A stretch of DNA of 64,000 bases from an uncultured bacterium (GTDB lineage: Bacteria > Krumholzibacteriota > Krumholzibacteriia > LZORAL124-64-63), in assembly GCA_903912525.1 (NCBI GenBank), contig CAIWHK010000007.1:22563-86562 (forward strand). The letters are read 5' to 3'. Numbering within the stretch: the first letter of the stretch is position 1; every line of letters starts with the position of its first letter. The position numbers were made by a program, and so were the translations under genes. This document shows, piece by piece, positions 57,285-64,000 of the stretch. The notes under the pieces were generated by a model, which was not told where the DNA came from, searched no databases, and worked only from the letters and a program-made list of their open reading frames with translations.

Positions 57285-58850
57285 CTACTCCCGATACTTC
57301 GCCACCAAATCACACTGCACCGTCTTGTGCGTCATCCACGAGAACTTGTTGTCGAACATGAGGTAGTACTTCCCATCCGCGCGAATGGGGACCTCCATCT
57401 CCGCCGCCGTGACGACTCCCGAATCGTAGATCGCCTTTGCGGCATGCCCGTTGGACCAATTGAGATAGTTGAGTTCGTCCAGCAGCAGAATGCGAACATC
57501 GTTGCCAGTGCCGCCCTGCGCCAACATGCGCCCACAAAGCGAGTATTCGCCATACACGCTGGGGGTCAGGTTTAGCACCAAGCCTTCCGCCTCGCCGGCA
57601 GGAATGAAAACGGCCTGTGAGGTCAACGCCTCCTGCCTCAGCGGATACGGCAGGCCAGCCAACCGCGCCTGAACCTCATGAAACGCCTGCGTGTCGCTCC
57701 GCAGGTCATTCAGGTTCAGCTTCGGCAATTCTGCCTCGGTGTTGGCGATGCGTTCTTCCGCGGCCGGATGAGTCTGAAAGAAGACCTCAAATGCCGACGG
57801 ATCCCCGCCCGCGTTCTTGCGAAGGGTCTCGAACATGCTCGTCATCGCCCGCGGGTCATAGCCCATCCGGTAGAGCGTATAGATGGCCAGGAAATCGGAC
57901 TCGCGCTCGTCGTCGCGCGAATAGTCCATCTGCTGGAAGAAAGCCACCGCACCGCCAGCCTCAGTGATCATCTGGCGCCGCTTCTCGTCCCCGCCGCTCA
58001 GCAACTCGCCGCCGGCGGCGACAATGCCCGCCATGATCAGCTGATTTGTCAGGGATCGGGCGGTGTGCTTGCCAACGATGTGGCCGACTTCGTGAGCAAT
58101 GACGCCCGCCAGTTCGGCTTCGCTCGACATCTGATCAATCAGGCCGCGATAGATGAAGACCTGGCCGCCGCCCACGGTAAAGGCGTTGACAGTGCGGGAA
58201 TCGATCACCTGGAACGAATAGGCGATGTCGCGCCGGCGAGAGGCTCCGGCGATGCGCTGGCCGAGGTCATTCACGTAGGCTGTCACCAATGAGTCGGCGA
58301 GCATTGGCTCGGATTCGGTGATCATCGCTCCGTTTTGGAGTCCCATCGCAACTTCGAGATCGTCGCCAAGGATATTGAACGATGTGCCGTAGTCGTGCCG
58401 GTCGTCGTCCAGCACCTTGTCGCCGAATACGATTGCCCGCAGATCAGCCGTCTTGAATTCGGACAGCTTCCAGCCGTCCGAGGCGACGCGACACTTGAGT
58501 CGATCCTTATCGAACTTCCTGAGCATGACCGGCACGATAGTGCCATCCCGCAGATAGAGGACATCGCAGGAATCAGCAGCCGTCGTGGTGACCGAGTCGC
58601 CCACCGTGAAAGTGATCCCGAAGAGGTCCCGAAGTGCGATCTCTTTCTTGGCTTTGTCCTGCTTGGCCTTGAAGAGTAGTCGGTCCTCTTTGTAGCCGTC
58701 GAAGACCAGGCTCTCAGCATGGCCGTCCGCGAAGATGAACTGCATAGGAACTGGCGGCTCACCTGCGCAAACAGGCGCAGCTACAATGCAAGCTAGCGTC
58801 ATCGCGCCAAGAACCGCGAGAACAAAGCCAACACGAATGTGATGCATCAT
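57285..58850 (-). CDS. Secreted M48-family metalloprotease
   Basis: VNAFTVGGG.VFIYRGLI, ELAGVIAHEVGH, YSRDDERESD, THP..EERI. Confidence 0.88.
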   Translation of the reverse strand: MMHHIRVGFVLAVLGAMTLACIVAAPVCAGEPPVPMQFIFADGHAESLVFDGYKEDRLLFKAKQDKAKKEIALRDLFGITFTVGDSVTTTAADSCDVLYLRDGTIVPVMLRKFDKDRLKCRVASDGWKLSEFKTADLRAIVFGDKVLDDDRHDYGTSFNILGDDLEVAMGLQNGAMITESEPMLADSLVTAYVNDLGQRIAGASRRRDIAYSFQVIDSRTVNAFTVGGGQVFIYRGLIDQMSSEAELAGVIAHEVGHIVGKHTARSLTNQLIMAGIVAAGGELLSGGDEKRRQMITEAGGAVAFFQQMDYSRDDERESDFLAIYTLYRMGYDPRAMTSMFETLRKNAGGDPSAFEVFFQTHPAAEERIANTEAELPKLNLNDLRSDTQAFHEVQARLAGLPYPLRQEALTSQAVFIPAGEAEGLVLNLTPSVYGEYSLCGRMLAQGGTGNDVRILLLDELNYLNWSNGHAAKAIYDSGVVTAAEMEVPIRADGKYYLMFDNKFSWMTHKTVQCDLVAKYRE

Positions 58851-58899
58851 ACAATTCCTTCCGTTCGTCCCGATAGGCGAACTGCTGCACTCCCAAAGA

Positions 58900-60570
58900 T
58901 TATCGCCGAAAAATCCGCATTCCAGCCTGTTCCTCAAAAGCCGCGCAAATGAGCTGCAACCGCTCCGACCTGAACTTCTCAAATGCTGCCGCAGTCCCCT
59001 TCTGCCAGACACCGCCACTGGGTCCCGCGGGGATCAGGTGACTTCGTACAACCCGCGCAAAGCGCTGCCGATTTTCGTCGCGACACGCACTCAGGTACAC
59101 GCGCGGCAACTTCATCCCGATGGCCAAATTGTCTTGCGACACCAGAAAACAGATGTTACACAAGCCGTTATATACACTGGCCGGGAAGTGAGCATGCAGT
59201 TGCCCCTTCGGGAAGATGTGGTGCCGATGCGCCACGTTTGCGTAACTCGCAATGTCTGTTGAGAGATTGATCGGCTCTCCGTTTTCCAAGTACCGCGGAC
59301 GAGATGCCGCGAGTAGGCAGAAGTAGACTCGGGTTCGGGCTGCTTTCGATGAATACTCGGCGTTTTGGATCGTCGCGATCGGATCTAGCTGGCTCTCCAG
59401 GACAAACGTCCGGGACTTGCCGCGCGCGAGATCGGCGAACAACTGGGCATCGGCGACAAGATTCTGATGATATCCGCGGCCACTGTATCGCTGCGCCACG
59501 CCAGTGGCCCAGAACCACTTCCGAATCTCCTTCCGCGCCTTTGTGTGCGGTTGACCGGGGTGGTGATAGAAGTAGGACGCCAGCGTCGCCGGCATATTGG
59601 CCGACGGCAAGTACGATTCATCGTAGACCCAGAAATGGGACCGCAGGTAGTCGACAGCGGAAAGGAATGACCGTTGATAGCGATCCCAGGTCTTTTCAAA
59701 CTGTTTGACATTGGCCTTTCCGCTATTCAATTCACGTGACCAACGCGCAGCCATTGTCTCAAGTTTCGGGGGCACACCTCTCCCGTTGGGCTTTTCGTGG
59801 ATTAGATTGAAGCCCATCAGAATCGGATCGACACCTTCGAGGCGGAACGACTTGGCGGCCAATCGCTGACGGACGTCCTCCGCCATAGCGCGAATGTCCA
59901 TTTCACCCATGATGGCGATTGCACGATCAGCGGAGGTGATGCGCATTCCTTGCGAATTGACCCTGATGAAGACCTCTCCGATTTCCTCGAGCGAGGCCTG
60001 CGCAACAGTCACGATGGGCACCGGGTAGTTCAGGATGCGGTGCCTGCAATCTGCAATTTGCTTCATCATCCAGGCCGGCTTGCCCTTCAGTCGAACTCGC
60101 CAATCAAGAGCCAGAATGTCTACAAGCGGCACTAGGTGCTTGCCAATCGGTCGACGATAGACGATCCGCTGAGAGTCTCGTTGCTCAGCCGTGGCTGCGG
60201 CGACAAAACACAGGCGCGAAAAATGAATCTCGCGGCCACGGTCATTGATTTTTGTCTCGCCAGCAAATGCCTGGTGGATGACGGACAGCCGCTGCTGACC
60301 ATCAATCACGAACCAAATCTGCTTATGGTCGGGGTCGTAGTGTGGCAGCACCGCTGACGACTGGCGGATGAGATTGGCGGCCTTACGCTCCATCTCCCAG
60401 AGGAAGATGGAACCGATCGGGATGTTCCGATAAATGGAGTCTAGCAGCTTCGCGGCCCTCCCCGCGTCCCACACGAAGTTGCGCTGGAGCTTTGGGATCG
60501 CATATCGCCTGGCGACCAACTCACGGCGCAAGGCGCCGATCCGTTTCTTCTTGATTGCCGGAGGCCTCAT
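58900..60570 (-). CDS. DUF262 (ParB-like) + C-terminal HNH-like protein, GmrSD-type restriction family
   Basis: IPKLQRNFVWD, PIGSIFLW, IDGQQRL, FIRVNSQG, HHIFPK..N.LCNI. Confidence 0.85.
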   Translation of the reverse strand: MRPPAIKKKRIGALRRELVARRYAIPKLQRNFVWDAGRAAKLLDSIYRNIPIGSIFLWEMERKAANLIRQSSAVLPHYDPDHKQIWFVIDGQQRLSVIHQAFAGETKINDRGREIHFSRLCFVAAATAEQRDSQRIVYRRPIGKHLVPLVDILALDWRVRLKGKPAWMMKQIADCRHRILNYPVPIVTVAQASLEEIGEVFIRVNSQGMRITSADRAIAIMGEMDIRAMAEDVRQRLAAKSFRLEGVDPILMGFNLIHEKPNGRGVPPKLETMAARWSRELNSGKANVKQFEKTWDRYQRSFLSAVDYLRSHFWVYDESYLPSANMPATLASYFYHHPGQPHTKARKEIRKWFWATGVAQRYSGRGYHQNLVADAQLFADLARGKSRTFVLESQLDPIATIQNAEYSSKAARTRVYFCLLAASRPRYLENGEPINLSTDIASYANVAHRHHIFPKGQLHAHFPASVYNGLCNICFLVSQDNLAIGMKLPRVYLSACRDENRQRFARVVRSHLIPAGPSGGVWQKGTAAAFEKFRSERLQLICAAFEEQAGMRIFRR

Positions 60571-60849
60571 GACACAAGCACCTTCCAGAATTCTTGCTCA
60601 ACGCACCGTGGCATTCGACCCGATATCGCCTGAGTGGCGGCACGTCATTTGAGAAATACGCTCAAACTGGCTTACACCTAAGCCGCTTAGTTACTCATCT
60701 TACCGCGCCAACCCCACCGGCTTCAAGTCTAGCAATTCCAATGGACATCCAGATGGGGTATCCTGGCGTCCTCCTGGAACCGAACTCAATCCGATTTTGG
60801 CCTCAATCGTTGTCGGTGATGCAGACATGCGGCCCGACTGGAGAATTGG

Positions 60850-61236
60850 ATGAACAACTGTCCGTTCTGCCCACCATACGGGTTTCGAGCTATCCAAGAA
60901 TCCGAGTCCAGCCTGGCCCTGTATGACAGCTACCCCGTCTCGCCCGGCCACGCCCTCATCGTGCCCCGTCGCCACGTCCCCTCGTGGTTTGACCTCCTAG
61001 AACCGGAGCAAATCGACCTTCTAAAGTTGGCCAACCTCGTCAAAGGCCATTTAGACCTGGAACGGCACCCCATCGCCTACAACCTGGGCATAAACGACGG
61101 CCCCCAAGCCGGCCAGTCCATCCCCCACGTCCACCTGCACCTTATCCCACGCTACGCCGGCGATCAGGTTGATCCGCGGGGTGGAATTCGGCTAATCTTC
61201 CCCGAGAAGGCCAGATACTGGGAAGATGGCAAATAG
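60850..61236 (+). CDS. HIT family hydrolase
   Basis: CPFC, YPVSPGHALIVPRRH, AGQSIPHVHLHLIPRY. Confidence 0.92.
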   Translation: MNNCPFCPPYGFRAIQESESSLALYDSYPVSPGHALIVPRRHVPSWFDLLEPEQIDLLKLANLVKGHLDLERHPIAYNLGINDGPQAGQSIPHVHLHLIPRYAGDQVDPRGGIRLIFPEKARYWEDGK

Positions 61237-61271
61237 CTGAATTCAAGCCCGATACCGATAAGGACTAGTCT

Positions 61272-64000
61272 ATGGCGAAGCACCTGGTCACCGGCGGCGC
61301 AAATGACCCCCTCCTGCCGCTCATCCGCGATGCCATCAACAGCGCCGATGAAATCGAATTGGCGGTGGCCTTCATCAAGAGCAGCGGCCTTGAGCTCCTC
61401 TATCCCGCGCTCCAGGAGGCGGTAGTCGAACGCGGAGCGAAGCTCGCACTGCTGACCAGCGACTACCTCGACGTCACCGATCCTCAAGCGCTCCGGGACC
61501 TGATGCTGCTCGCAGACCGCGGCGCCGACGTGCGCGTATTCCAGACGTCCGGAAGCGATAGCTTCCACCTCAAGGCGTATATTTTCGTTCGACGGCATTC
61601 CGAAACTGGATTCGACGGCATTGCATTCGTCGGTTCGAGCAATATCAGCCGTCCCGCCCTTACTGACGGAATCGAATGGAACTATCGCATTGAATCCGAA
61701 ACCAATTCGGGAGATGTTGAAGGTTTTCGCGAAATTAGAGCCGCATTTTGCAAACTGATCGCGAATCCAGCCGTCATTGCGCTCGACTACGAGTGGATTG
61801 CCGATTACGAAGCCCGGCGCGCGCCCATCGCACAACTGGTGGCACCCGGCGCCCTGGATCCCGAATTGCCCACCCCAGTTCCTAACGCCATTCAAGCCGA
61901 GGCCCTGGAGGCCCTGGCCGCGTCTCGGCTCGCGGGCTACAAGCGCGGTCTGGTGGTTCTGGCGACGGGTCTTGGTAAGACGTTCCTTGCCGCTTTTGAC
62001 ACCCACGCCACGGACGCTCGACGGGTCCTGTTCGTTGCCCACCGCGAGGAGATCCTTCTCCAGGCCGAAAAGACCTTTCTGCGGATACATCCGCAGGCTA
62101 AAGTGGGTAGCTTTGGCAATGGTGCCCGCGATGTGGCCGCCGACATGCTCTTTGCGTCAGTGCAAACGCTTGGACGCGCGGCGCACCTGGACACATTTGC
62201 ACCGGATCACTTCGACTACGTCGTGATCGACGAATTTCACCACGCGCACGCGCCGACCTATCGCCGACTCCTTCAGCACTTCACACCGAAGTTTTTACTA
62301 GGCATGACCGCCACGCCCAAACGTACAGACCAGTCGGACATCCTGAGTCTTTGCGACAACAATCTCGTCTACGAGCGGAATCTGATCGCCGGCGTCACCG
62401 AAGGCTATTTGTGCCCATTTACCTACTTCGGCATATACGACGACACGGTCGACTACGACGACATCAAATGGCGCAATGGAAAATTCGACCCTGAGGCTCT
62501 TACCAGCAAACTCGCGACAATGGCACGGTTTCGGCACGTCCTCAACGAGTGGCAAGCGAAAGGCACAAAGAAGACCCTCGCCTTTTGCTCCGCGAAGAAG
62601 CACGCCCAATTCATGGCCGATCAATTCAATGCTGCGGGCGTTCCCGCAGCCGCCGTCTACGATGGCTCAAGTATGGCTAGGGATACTTCACTTGCTCATC
62701 TCAAGACCGGCACCCTTCAGGTCATCTTCTCCGTAGACATCTTCAGCGAAGGCGTGGACATTCCTGAGGTCGACACGGTACTCATGCTGCGCCCAACCGA
62801 ATCACAAGTGCTCTTTCTTCAACAACTTGGTCGAGGCTTGCGCAGATGTGAGGGCAAAGAGCGGCTCACCATTCTTGACTTCGTCGGCAACCACCGGGCG
62901 TTCCTAAACAAGCCCCAGGCCCTGTTCAACGTGGAGGGCAACTACCGCGCGCTCGCAGAATTTGCCAATCAGGTCAAAGATGGAACACTCAGCCTGCCTG
63001 CCGGGTGCTTTGTTAATTATGACCTTGAGATCATTGAATTCCTGCAAGCCCTCGCCGGCAATGGACCTGCAGTAGACTATGACAATCTGAAGGCAGCGCT
63101 TAATCGGAGACCGTCATTGACCGAATACTTCTACTCGGGGGCCAGCCTACCTCAAATGCGCAACGCTTCCGGTAGCTGGTGGGGACTCGTGCGAGATGCC
63201 AATGACCTTAGTGACCAAGAAGCGAATTGCTATTTGCAGTACAAAGACTTCCTCCGGGATGTTGAGACAACGCGCTTTGAAAAATGCTACAAAGCCGTCC
63301 TCCTCGAGTCCTTCTTAGACCTTGACGGATTCGCCAATCCGCCCACCCTGGACGCTCTCGCGTCCCAGGCCCTCGCTGTGTTTCGACGCAGAAGAACATT
63401 CATCGAAGACCTTCCTTCCGAGTTTGCGGACATCGACAAAGTCGACCCCGCTGCCTGGCGTCGCTATTGGGATCGCAACCCCGTAAATGCATGGCGGGGC
63501 GGCAACCTTCAGGACCCGGCTGCAGCGTGGTTTGAAGTAGTCGACGACAGGTTCCGCGGCAGGTTTATAGTGCCGACTGACGAACTTGAGACCTTTTCAA
63601 GCATGCTCCAGCAGGTCGTGGAGTACCGGCTAGCCAACTATGCGCGGCGGTTCAACCGCAGCGCGAGTCCGCAGAACCCAGCCACCACGGGAATTCCTGT
63701 CTTTGCAAATCTTGAGATCGCTTGCGGTCATTTCCGGCCAGGCGACACGAAGGTTAACCGCTACAAGCGCCTCCCGGCCCAATTCGGATCGCTCGATGAA
63801 ACTCGGCATTTCATTGCTCGCGCTTCTGGAGAATCTATGAATGGCGGAAAACGGCCAATCCGCGATGGCGACTACATGCTACTAGAACGCAACTTACAAC
63901 CGCAACTTCCGCCACCCCACCAGGAAACTGTTGTTGTTTCGCGGCCGAATGCGACTGGAACTCGCGAGTACATTCTTCGCATTGCAAATGCGCAACTCGA
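61272..64000 (+). CDS. PLD-like nuclease + SF2 (ResIII-like) helicase with a C-terminal S24/LexA-like domain; runs off the window
   Basis: Manual translation: AVAFIKSSG, FHLKAY, GSSNIS, LATGLGKT, IDEFHH, SEGVDIP..MLRPTES..QQLGRGLR, IACG..ASGESMNGG..IRDGD. Confidence 0.88.
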   Translation, partial: MAKHLVTGGANDPLLPLIRDAINSADEIELAVAFIKSSGLELLYPALQEAVVERGAKLALLTSDYLDVTDPQALRDLMLLADRGADVRVFQTSGSDSFHLKAYIFVRRHSETGFDGIAFVGSSNISRPALTDGIEWNYRIESETNSGDVEGFREIRAAFCKLIANPAVIALDYEWIADYEARRAPIAQLVAPGALDPELPTPVPNAIQAEALEALAASRLAGYKRGLVVLATGLGKTFLAAFDTHATDARRVLFVAHREEILLQAEKTFLRIHPQAKVGSFGNGARDVAADMLFASVQTLGRAAHLDTFAPDHFDYVVIDEFHHAHAPTYRRLLQHFTPKFLLGMTATPKRTDQSDILSLCDNNLVYERNLIAGVTEGYLCPFTYFGIYDDTVDYDDIKWRNGKFDPEALTSKLATMARFRHVLNEWQAKGTKKTLAFCSAKKHAQFMADQFNAAGVPAAAVYDGSSMARDTSLAHLKTGTLQVIFSVDIFSEGVDIPEVDTVLMLRPTESQVLFLQQLGRGLRRCEGKERLTILDFVGNHRAFLNKPQALFNVEGNYRALAEFANQVKDGTLSLPAGCFVNYDLEIIEFLQALAGNGPAVDYDNLKAALNRRPSLTEYFYSGASLPQMRNASGSWWGLVRDANDLSDQEANCYLQYKDFLRDVETTRFEKCYKAVLLESFLDLDGFANPPTLDALASQALAVFRRRRTFIEDLPSEFADIDKVDPAAWRRYWDRNPVNAWRGGNLQDPAAAWFEVVDDRFRGRFIVPTDELETFSSMLQQVVEYRLANYARRFNRSASPQNPATTGIPVFANLEIACGHFRPGDTKVNRYKRLPAQFGSLDETRHFIARASGESMNGGKRPIRDGDYMLLERNLQPQLPPPHQETVVVSRPNATGTREYILRIANAQL

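Noticed and set aside
1-64000. tRNA, rRNA, IS transposase or phage integrase
   Set aside because: None recognised by eye; a tRNAscan/ISEScan run would be needed to exclude them fully.

Overview
GC-rich bacterial DNA. FlgD-Ig/PNPFNP C-terminal domains and a SWGxLKxxYR C-terminal motif suggest a Krumholzibacteriota/Latescibacterota/Eisenbacteria-like organism (inference). 0-9 kb: two-component/chemotaxis genes with sigma28-like promoters. 9-28 kb: CYTH, vWA + ECF sigma, HDAC, DUF2779, S9 peptidase and a cluster of secreted cohesin/dockerin-like FlgD proteins. 28-56.7 kb: an accessory region punctuated by a 20-bp palindrome (GACTTGCGCCGGCGCAAGTC family, 22 copies counted by eye in the window). 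It holds an intact AbiE pair, several orphan or collapsed antitoxin modules, a MoxR/metallopeptidase-vWA operon, SWIM-SNF2, an M6 protease, an NYN gene behind a short structured leader RNA, and three YhcG/DUF1016 genes. 56.8-64 kb: palindrome-free defence-type island (GIY-YIG-like, M48, DUF262, HIT, PLD-helicase). Main candidate novel system: each yhcG gene encodes its variable segment with a 27-bp DNA palindrome. Six non-coding variant copies of this segment lie nearby, each 41 nt (once 40 nt) from a GC palindrome, which looks like a library of silent cassettes or cognate sites. All family calls come from motif recognition by eye, not database searches.
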